From NCBI RefSeq assembly GCF_009914755.1, contig NC_060933.1: DNA of 64,000 bases. One strand, given 5' to 3'. The notes under the pieces were generated by a model. The model did no database searches. It was not told the DNA's origin and was given only the letters and a program-made list of their open reading frames with translations. Every line of letters begins with the position of its first letter. The stretch's first letter is position 1. The position numbers were made by a program, and so were the translations under genes. Below are positions 1 through 14,517 of this stretch, one piece after another. The DNA is from the human T2T-CHM13v2.0 reference genome, Homo sapiens.

Positions 1-727
<727 letters not shown>

Positions 728-1009
728 GAAGTCATGGAGTGCTATTATCCCAAGCCAAGGGCCCTGGGAGAACAGGCCAGCTAGGACACAGTTGGTCAGA
801 CCAGAGGGCAGGCAGTGACAGAGAGTCAAATACAAAGACCCCAGCTTTCAGCCTTAAGGACAGAGAGAGCTTCAGGCCTTCCAAGACTGCATACTAGGCA
901 GTTCTCCCCACTGTGCTGGTCCTGATGTTCCAGTTCCAGGGTACACCTGGGGCAGGGAGACCATGGGAATATGGAGATGGAGGGCTGCTGATGGGACCAG
1001 AGAAGTGGT

Positions 1010-1310
1010 ACCAATCAGCTTAGGCTAAGTCCCCAAAACTTCAGTGGCTTACAACAGAGGCTTCTATTTTGTTCCCTTCACATGTCCATTGTGGGTCAGC
1101 TGCCACACCTGATACTATCTTCACTCCAGACCCATTCCAGCGTCCTCACAAAGGGCAGAAAAGAGACATAGAGGACCACAAGCTGGCCCTGAATTCTCTG
1201 CTTGGAAGTGATGCTGTCATTTCTTTCTACGTTTTACTAACCAAAGCAAGTCACATGGCCACTCCAGAGTTCAAAGGGTGGGGACATACAGTCCTCCCAC
1301 GGTGTTTTGT
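1010..1310. mobile_element. Old MaLR (MLT1-type) LTR fragment
   Basis: By-eye resemblance (cttcagtggcttacaaca...tgtccattgtgggtcagctg...aagcaagtcacatggcc). Confidence 0.45.
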
Positions 1311-3377
1311 GTGTGTTGGGGGAGGGACAGTAAGTATTTTGAATAACACTGTCTACCATAGACATCTTTTCTCATCAGGCTAGGACAATAGCCAGGACTG
1401 ACAAGATTTTTTATTAGAGAAGTAGATGTTTCCAGCCTGGTCAACATAGCAAGAACCCATCTCAAAGAAAATGCAAGGCGTTTAATAGGACAGGTTGGAG
1501 AAGGTGATCAAATGGTACAGGCAACCTGCCATGGGAGGTGTGAGTTGGGGGAGGGAGCATCTAACAAGGGGGAAGACGCAAGCCCTCGAAAAGAGGGTTG
1601 GTTTGCACCAGGCCTGGAAGAAACCAGGAGACTTTGCCAGATGGCTTTGAGAAAGGCATTCTAAGTAGGAGGTACAGCTTGAGCAAAGGTGCAGAAACGA
1701 CAGAGTCCAGGTCCGTTCCAGGGGTAGAACAGCAGGGCTGACATGTTGTGAGGGGCGTGGTGTGGGGAAGTATAAGGCAGATCCGATGTGCCCAGCTTGA
1801 ATGCCAGGCCACAGTGGCATCCTAAGCCTCTGCCCTTGCCCTTCCAGCTACACTGACCAGCCTGGATAGCTCTAGCCTGCAAAGGATTGTGTGCCCCAAA
1901 CTTCAGTGCCACGAGACCTTCAAGACCATCCACTGATCTTGTTACTAGGCAGTGCTTCCCTCTGTCCTGTGAGCACCCTGGACTCTCCTGAGGAAATAAT
2001 AACTGAGCAGGCTGGGGGCCAGGGTTCCCTTAGGCCTGGTCCCCACCCTTAGAGTTCAGCCAGGGTCTCTTTCAGCTCCACTGTGGGAGGAAACTTAAAC
2101 CCACCAGGAACACTGATCGTCACTGAAGAAACTGCACTTTCCTTCGTTTGATTCAATGCTTCTCTTTCAGCCTTGGGCTGATGGGAGTCAGGCCCACACA
2201 CTCCCACAGAGGGTGCTCTAATTCTCAGAGGGACAGGAGGCCCCGCTGCAGGGGCCTTTCCTTCCCTGCCTCCCAGCTGCAGAAGAGGCTTGAGTTGTGC
2301 ACTTTGCAAGCTGAGAGAAAGTGAAGGCAGAGGCGTCATTCCCAGGGATGAGCCAGTCCTTCCAGCAGTCCAGCAATCTTGGGGCTGGAGGGCAGATTTC
2401 CACGGTGCACACAGAGAGAAACCAAGAGTACAGGGACCAAGCTGTGGTTACACAGGGAGTCAGGGTGAAGCCACGGCCAGAGGCCAGGTCCAGGCTTTCC
2501 CTGGCACAAGGCAGCCAGGCAGGATTTGTACTTCTCAGAAATGGAACTGGCCATAAAGGAGGTTGCCATGAAGGTAGATGCCAGAAGGTGAGCAGAGTGA
2601 AACAGTTCCAAGGCCAGGTGAGCCTGGGTGGGTCTGAGCAAACAGGTTCAAGGAGCATCAGGAATCATAAAAAGTAACTGACACAGTTCGCCAGCTCACT
2701 TTCTAGGGCAGTTTAGGGAGTGCTTTTCACCATGTTGTCTCCCGGCCCAAAGCAAAACGCCTCACACAGAGAGCAAATGCCAAGTCTAAGGTTGAGTTTC
2801 ATTCTAGAGCCCAGCCTCAGGGCATTAGGCTGATGGTGGAGAGGGTAGGGAAGGAAGCCTCACAGGGTGAACACTCTGTCCCCTGGCTCCACCCACTTTT
2901 CCATTATTCCAAAATGAAGTTCACTGTATTGTTTTTTCCTTGTAAAAGTTACGTGTGCACCTTCCCCCAAGTACTTGGAAATATAAATAAAGGAAAAAAA
3001 ATCCCATACCTTCCTCTCCCTGCCTCTACAAATAAGTGCAGAATCCTTCTAGAGCCTTCTCTGTACATATCTATCTCTCTCTGTAATCAGGGCAAGGTAC
3101 CTCCTCTGTCTGCAATGGGGAGGAGGTGGTTACCTCACTGCCCTGTGCGGGGAAATTGAGGGAAACGGTTTCATATTTGGGATGTTGTCTACTGGGCGGT
3201 ACATCCTTGCCTAAAGGTTCATAGGTGGAAGCCCTATCTTGGCCAACACCCACCAGGTAATCAGGGGGTGGGTCTTTTCCTAAAGACCACCTCCTCTGTC
3301 TTCTCCAGACCAATCTCCCACTGAACTCTACTGCAAATGCAACCAGTTGCTTTGCCAAACAGAAGTGTAACCACTTA

Positions 3378-4070
<693 letters not shown>

Positions 4071-4719
4071 GGGTGACACCAAGAAGAGCACTCAGTCGGT
4101 TGCACCACTCATTTTGGAGAAAGGGCTCTCGGCTTAACCCTTTGGACCATGTTCTGCTGAATGCTCCTTCCTGACCTTGCTCAGCCTCCTCAATTCCTCT
4201 CTGTCTTCCTCTCACAGCCCTTTATCAAGCCCACATTTGCCAGTGCCTCCACCCAGCTCCCTAAGAATTCGTCAGCCCTCTGCAACCCAAGAAAGCAGTC
4301 CAGGCCCCATGCCCCTTCTTGTCCCCCTTCTTGCTGGCACTCTTCTGACCAAAAGCCTAGAGCAGAACTGCAGTGCACTAGTGCAGGCTATTGCAGAAAC
4401 TTCCTTCTGCCCGGGATTTGCTGGCTCTGAAGTGGAGGGCTGGGCTCTGGCCCCAAAAGGAGGGGAGTAGGGGGAAGGTGGACGCCTGGATCCAGCTCAC
4501 CTTCTTCATCATCAGGAAGCTGCCCCACAGCAGGCACGCATCCTCATGGCGAGTATTCATGTTCTTCCTACAATGGCCCAGTCTGGCCACGTGTGAGCAG
4601 AGCAGAGAGTCCTCATGATAAAACGGATTTGGTCGTGTGTTTGTGAAATAAGCCCATATTGGGTGATTTTGAAACTCGTTGTTGTGGTTGCTATTGTAAA
4701 TGTTTCCCCCATGACATAG

Positions 4720-5806
<1,087 letters not shown>

Positions 5807-6409
5807 GTTCCTCTTCTTAAATATTAATAATTTGTATTTTCTTAGAAAATTGCCCAATTAAGGAAAATTATTAGTGAGCAGTTGTCTATATGTTTTTTCT
5901 GAACACTTCTAAAAAAAGATTACATCCCCTTTTTATTACTAATGTGGTACATTTGAGTTTTCTCTTCTTTTAGACTTCTTTATTCATTTGATTTTGTAGT
6001 GATATATCTATTTGATATGTCTTCCAGCTCTAGGTTATATTTTTCAATCTTGCTCTTTATCTGTTTTCTACTATATAATTTTTTGTTTTTATCTACATTA
6101 ACTGCTTTAGTCAATTTTAAACATCTTATAGCAATCTTATTATAGAAACATTTTCCTGTATTTGCTTATATTTATCCATGTATTCTTCTGTCCATCCATC
6201 TTACCTTTTATGTGTTTCAAAGTTGAATCCATTTAATTTTTTATGGATTCCGAAGTAAGTTGAAAACATCAATACATTTTACCCTGAAACACTTCCGCAT
6301 TCATTCACTATTTCTTTATGTTTCTTTCCTTTCACTTATTTTTTGTTGTCTAGCTCCTTTAGTTCAGTGCTTTACTTTTCTTTTTAAATAAGTAATATAA
6401 TAATATTTA

Positions 6410-6733
<324 letters not shown>

Positions 6734-6910
6734 TTAACTAAAAAAATTAACTCTCATGTTTCAGGACAGTTTAGGGAAATTTTTAAATCAGACATCAGGG
6801 GAGAATCTTCTCCCTCCAGACCCCAAATTAGGTAATAGACTATTTTTATAAGTCAATGCATGTAAGATTCAGAATTCTAAGAAAAAGATGTCAATAAGAA
6901 AAGACTTTTT

Positions 6911-7525
<615 letters not shown>

Positions 7526-7703
7526 AATAAGAGGGAGTTTTTCATTAAAATCCCTTTATTTTCAAGTCAAGGAAGTATTAAGTTATAAGAAGTTACTGTC
7601 TGTACTTTTTTTCTCAGTCCTTTGATGGTGAATCTTCTTTCCTTACAGGTTTCAACCCTCTGGGCACAGAGTCAAATATTCCCCTCTTAGGAAGGGTATA
7701 CAA

Positions 7704-8028
<325 letters not shown>

Positions 8029-8556
8029 CTAACTCACAACCGATGTTCATATTTCTCATGCTGTATACTTTCCTCTAAGTACATCTTTGGCTGCATCCCA
8101 TGTATTTTCTAACCACAATAATAAAGAAAGCATAACAGGATAAAATAAGGAGACTTTCTGCCAGTTTTCTTTCCCCCACTTTTCTAGTTGTCATGGCCTT
8201 TCACCCACTGGCTATTACAGTGAATTTTTTATTCCGAAAACCTCTGCCAATCAAGAGCCAAAGACTGGAGGGCTTAAAGCATAGTTTGTTTCATAAACCA
8301 GTTTGGGGAATAATTCATAATGATGTAAGAGCTTAGACACTGAGAAGGGGCTGAGTCATGGGGTGCAGCATGTTCTGGGAAAACAGATTTAGGACAGAAA
8401 CAAAATTTCTCCTTTTAAGAATGGAGATACGATTGACATTCGCTGGTTTTTGGCTTTTCAGCATGTGGTAGAGTCTCTATTTGAATGTAAAAGACCCTTT
8501 CTAACTCTGGCAGCTTGTGGGGTTTGGAGAGGGGGTGGGAAATTTCCTTGGTTCTC

Positions 8557-8866
<310 letters not shown>

Positions 8867-9078
8867 ACTGTGTTCTCTTTCTGGGTGCTTGTGTGAAGGC
8901 TTGTGACTCAGGCGCGGCCAGATGGATGCACCTGTCCAAGCACCCGAGTCTAGAGGAGGCAACTCAAAGGTGTGGAGAGGAGCCCAGAAAGATTAGGAAT
9001 TTATCCCAAAGAAACTGAAGTAGATGTGAGTTTCCTTGAGTGTGATCTCAATCTTAAAAAAAAAAAAAAATCCTCTAA

Positions 9079-9370
9079 GCCAGGTGCAGTGGCACTCACC
9101 TGTAGTCCCAGCTACTTGGGAGGCAGAGGCAGGACAATCATCTGACCCAGGAATTCAAGGCTGCAGTGAGCTACTGTACTCCAGCCTGGGCACCATAGCA
9201 AGACACCATCGCTAAAAAAATTATCTAAGATAAGTATTATTATCTTCATTTTACAGATGAGAAAACAGACATGGAGAAACCCGAGCACCCAAACCAGAGC
9301 CACAGTCTCTGTGGGCAGCAGAGCTAGAAACTGAACTTGGGCCACAGGACTTCAAACCCATGTTCCACAC
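9079..9370. mobile_element. Alu monomer followed by a MIR fragment
   Basis: Monomer at 9079-9218; MIR core attttacagatgagaaaacagac at ~9248. Confidence 0.75.
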
Positions 9371-9386
9371 TCTTAACAATTACCAA

Positions 9387-9714
9387 GTTTTTGTTGTTGT
9401 TGTTTTTTGTTTTTTTTTTTAGACAGGGGCTTGCTCTGTTGCCCAGGCTAAAGTACAGTGGCACAATCATAGCTCACTACAGCCTCGACCTCCCAGGATC
9501 AAATGATTCTCCATCTCAGCCTCCTGAGGAGCTGGGACCACAGGCATGTGCCACCACACCTGGCTAATTTTTGTAATTTTTTTTTTTTAATTTTGTGAGA
9601 CACAGGGTCCCTCTATATTGTCCAGGCTCGTCTCAAACTCCTGTTCTCAAGCGATTCACCTGCCCTGGCTTCCCAAAGTGCTAGGATTACAGGTGTGAGC
9701 CACCACGCCCAGCC
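9387..9714 (-). mobile_element. AluJ
   Basis: Antisense full Alu. Confidence 0.92.
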
Positions 9715-9978
9715 TGCAGAGTATTCAGATTGTCATTTATATCTGAACGTGTTTTGATTTTGCCTTTCAGTGCTGTAAGAGGGATTTTTTTTATTTTCTA
9801 GATGATTCAAAAATTTTTAGCCAATCTTTTGTTATTTAGTTTTAGTTTTATTACATTGTGCTCAGAAAATGTGACTGAATTTTTTCTACTTTCAGGAATT
9901 TATTACAGCTTAGTTTAAGACCTAACATTTGGTCAATTTTTGTATTTATTCCATACAAATTTGAAAATAATGTTATCG

Positions 9979-10283
9979 GGCCGGGAGTGTTGGCTCACGC
10001 CTGTAAACCCAGCATTTTGGGAGGCCGAGGCGGGTGGATCACCTGAGATCGGGAGTTTGAGACCAGCCTGGCCAACATGGAGAAATCCCGTTTCTACTAA
10101 AAACACAAAAATTAGCTGGATGTGGTGGCACATGCCTGTAATCCCAGCTACTGGGGTCAAGGGGAGGGCACTGAGGCAGCAGAATTGCTTGAACCTGGGA
10201 GGTGGAGGTTGCAGTGAGCCAAGATCAAGACACTGTACTCCAGCCTGGGCAACAGAGGGAGACTGCATCTCAAAAAGAAAAAA
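9979..10283 (+). mobile_element. AluS with TSD
   Basis: TSD GAAAATAATGTTATC at 9963-9977 and 10284-10298. Confidence 0.93.
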
Positions 10284-10442
10284 GAAAATAATGTTATCAA
10301 GTATGAATGGTATTAATACAAATTAAAAGGCAGATATTGTCAGACAGGATTTAAAAAAAAGACCTAACTGCATCTTGTCAACTATAAGATGTCTATTTTA
10401 AATATAAAGAAACGGTTAAAAGTTAAAAGATGGAGTAGTGGT

Positions 10443-10753
<311 letters not shown>

Positions 10754-11260
10754 GACAATACATTGGGTCAATCACTCTTCTTTGTGTCTGACCTTTGTGG
10801 CCATTTGTCTCTTGTGTCTGATGCCTGGACAGCGACTCCCTCTCCAACTAGCCCACGGCCCTTGGTCGGGGTTGACTTTGGCACTGCCCTAACACCCTCC
10901 ATTCAGCACCCTGTTCCTTCATGTGCCTGCTGCTAAGGTTATGAATTTCTAAGTTAGGAAATGCATCCACTCTCAGCCCCTCTCACCTCCAGTCCTCAGA
11001 CCTCAAGGTGTCAGTGAAACATGGTGGTCCCAGATGGGCTTCCCTCTGCGTGCAGTGAGCAGCCCGCTGAGCCTCACTGTCTCCACCCACGGCCTTAAAG
11101 TTTTTGTTATGTGAAATACAGCCTTCTAGAGATTCTAGGGGCAACATGGAATTCTTCCTACTGTGTTTATTTGATTATTTCAATAGGCATTTGTTGACAA
11201 AATGGGAGAGGGAATTGAATAGAGGGGGTTAGATCCCCACCTAGCACCAGGAGTCCCTTT

Positions 11261-11395
11261 TGTTTGTTTATAGAGATGGGAGGGGGGGTCTCACTATATT
11301 GCCTCAGGCTGGTCTTGAACTCCTGGGCTCAAGAATCCTCCCACCTCCGCCTCCTGAAGTGCTGGGATTACAGGCGTGAGCCACCGCACCCAGCC
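11261..11395 (-). mobile_element. Alu left monomer (FLAM-like)
   Basis: Flanked by the direct repeat CCAGGAGTCCCTTTT. Confidence 0.85.
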
Positions 11396-11457
11396 CCAGG
11401 AGTCCCTTTTGAATCAGGGTTGGGCACCAATTTGACCCATACTGAATACTTTAGGTG

Positions 11458-11600
11458 ACTGTAACACAATGGTAAAAATTTGCATATATAAACAGATGTA
11501 AACATAGAAACATAGTAAAAATATGGTATCATAATCTCTTGGGACTACCACAGTATATGTGGTCTGGCATTGACTGAAATGTCATTACTCATGACGGTAC
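11458..11600 (+). mobile_element. Tigger3/Golem (TcMar-Tigger) terminal fragment
   Basis: aaaatatggtatcataatctcttgggactaccacagtatatgtggtctggcattgactgaaatgtcatt resembles the Tigger3 end. Confidence 0.65.
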
Positions 11601-12646
11601 TAAAATACAGTAGGTGTATTTGCCTGACATGGGGAAAGGAATAGAGAGCACAGTGCCCAGCCATCGCCCTGCGGGACATTCGTAAGCCGTTGGTATTACA
11701 AATTCTAGCCTTATCATCAGTGGGTCAGCTCACTTCAGTGCCCATTCATTGAAAAGCCTTAAAATTCGCTTCCTTCATTTGGGGTGTACTGAGCCCCTTC
11801 CCCAGAAAGGAGCGCTTGCGGGAAGTCTGGCACAGGTGACTAGGGCTGTGCGGTCAAGTAAGTGCACTTCTCCCACGGGGCAGGGGCCATGGGTGGGACC
11901 ACATCTCCCCAGTACCTGGTGTGTGCTGCTCCCAGGGTCAGGGCACCTGGCAGTTGGAAAGACCGGCCGACCCCGAGGGATGGGCAGCACTGGAATGGTG
12001 GCTCCAGGGCCAGCACTCCCGGAGGAGGGACCGCCTGAGGAAAGGCAGGGAGGTGGGAAATCCCAGAACATGTTTGGGGAATGACAAGACATCTAGTTTG
12101 ACTGGAGTATGGGGAAAAGGTGGGGCGTTGGGGAGACAGGTCTGGGGCCAGACTGCAGGGGTGGGAATTGGCTTGGTCTGGGAGGCAATGAGGGGCGAGT
12201 GGACGGGTCAGAGGCGGCGGCGCTTCCACCCCGACTGGCATTAGAGGGCGTGTCCTAGGAGAGGAGCATCCCCCTCCCCGGACCAGCCGCCCTCCGGAGC
12301 CCAGAGTCACCGGAGATGGGGGCACACCCCGGGGCTGCGTGTGTCGTGTCAGGCCGCGGCAGGGAGAGGCCGTCCCCTGGTGGCGCCGGCCGGAACGCCC
12401 CTCGTGCCGCGACCGCGCGCCCCTCTGTCCTCGCCGCGCGTCGGCGCAGAGCAGCCACCCGGGGCCCAGCAGGCGCGGGCTTCCCCACGCGCCCCGGGAA
12501 GGGACAGCTCGGTGTGGGGTCCGGGAGGCTTGAGCCCCGCGGCCGCATCCGGGGAGCCCTCGGCAGTCGCGGAGCTGCTTCCCAGGGGTGAGCTCTCCGG
12601 GAGGCCCACGGGGTGGCCCCGGGCGCCTCCGCCCTCAGCTGTCGCT

Positions 12647-12656
12647 CCTTATAAGG
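12647..12656. promoter_or_regulatory. Perfect CArG box CCTTATAAGG (SRF site)
   Basis: Matches CC(A/T)6GG, palindromic, ~130 nt upstream of the ATG. Confidence 0.65.
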
Positions 12657-12782
12657 CGGGGGCCGGGCGGCGCCGGAGGAGGGGCCGCGGCATCAGCCCG
12701 GTCCTGGGCTCTGGGGCGGCGCTGGGCCGGGCGAGCGCAGTGCAGCGCAGCCGCGGGGAGCGAGGAGCGCGCGGAGCCGGCC

Positions 12783-12795
12783 ATGGGCAAGTCAG
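12783..12795 (+). CDS. GLIPR2: GLIPR2 (GAPR-1) exon 1 coding part: MGKS, N-myristoylation Gly2
   Basis: Kozak GCCATGG; ATGGGCAAGTCAG|GTGAG donor; phase 1. Confidence 0.96.
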
Positions 12796-14040
12796 GTGAG
12801 CCCGCGGGCTCGCCCGCTGCGGAATGGTTCGGAACCCCGCGCTCCCGGACCTCGCCGTCTCCCTCGTCCGCCGCAAGCCAGGTCCTGGGGAGTGCGGGAG
12901 CCCGGGGTGCGGGTGGAGGGCGCGCGGGCGGAGCGCCCCGGCGCGGTTTCCGGGGAACCCGGGGGGGAAGGCGAGCCCGAGGGAGGCCCCCGCCGGAGAG
13001 CCGGGGATCGCGCCAAGTTGGGCTTCCCGACCCTGAGGGGCTGCGCGCCGCGGCCCGCCAAGGCGTGGCTTCTGCTTTGTTTCAGGAGGCCAGACTTAGA
13101 GTTGGAAAAGTCACCAAAGTGTGACAACAGCTCTCGCTGCGAAGCAGTTTGCCCCGCTCGGCTGTCCCGAGGACAGCCCTGAGCATCCCCCTCATCCATT
13201 TGTTGTTCCTTCTCTCCTGAGCGCCCGCGCCGTGCCGGGCTCCCCCTGTGCTAGGCTCGGTCTGGCTCCCTTTCTCCTGGGGCACCCCATCCTCTCTACT
13301 GTGGCTGTCGGGATGAACTTTCTGCAGCGCAGCTCTCCTCCTGTCGCTCCCTAACACCTTCCTCACCATTGTCCTCAGAGTGAAAGGACACACTCCAGTC
13401 CTGCCTTCGGGCCCCTGGGAGTGGGTCCCTAGCCCTTACCTCCGCCCTACACTAGAGCTGTCCAGAAGCTGGTGCACAGGTCCCTTCCCCTAGGTTTCCT
13501 TGCCGGGCCTTCACCACCCCAACTCTCAGCCTGAAAATCCCATCCCTCTAGGCTCAGCTCCTGGGCTGGAGCCCATCTGTGATTCCCCCCGGGAGGGAGC
13601 GCCCAACCTGGTGTTTTCCTCGCTGCAGCCCTTCCTGTAGTGGGCCGGGGACAAGAGTTCAGCCATAGACCTGTTTCCCACCGGGTCCTCACCCCTGGCT
13701 GCCAGGGGCCGTGTTTATCTCAGCATTGCTTCTGCCTCACAGGAGGCTCTTAGAGAACAGCTGTTGAACAGGATTCAGAAGTCCTGCTTCATCCGGATTG
13801 TCCACTTCAGATGAGTAAGGCTAGGTCCCTTCTAGGATCTGTCCTCCAAGATCTGGACTCAGGAGATGCCAGCGCTGGGCGCAAGTGGCTTTCCCTGGCC
13901 TTGGTCCTAACCAGCCTTCCTAGGCTGTAGAGGCAGGTCTGGCTTTCAGCCCTGGCCCAGCCAATCACTGGCTGTGTGATACTGAGCAAGCCTCCTTCCC
14001 TCTGTTCCTCCCTGTCTGTACAATGAGGGTGGCCGTATGA

Positions 14041-14517
<477 letters not shown>

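Larger units (their letters stand above)
12195..13350. promoter_or_regulatory. CpG island promoter of GLIPR2
   Basis: Very GC/CpG-rich, with GC boxes; spans exon 1. Confidence 0.92.

Noticed and set aside
2049-2820. Minus-strand broken frames with faint resemblance to membrane proteins (GPCR- or polycystin-like words)
   Set aside because: Needs several frameshifts and stops, and the resemblance is not convincing by eye; requires HMMER/tblastn
12316-12593. Upstream ATG ORF (MGAHPG...) with donor GG|GTGAGC at 12587/12588 as an N-terminal extension of GLIPR2
   Set aside because: The donor is phase 2 whereas exon 2 needs phase 1; at most a non-coding alternative first exon
12650-12654. TATAA as a TATA box
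   Set aside because: Poor TATAWAW match; better explained as the core of the CArG box
12255-13199. Many overlapping Arg/Gly/Pro/Ala-rich ORFs
   Set aside because: Expected in a GC-rich CpG island; no domain features
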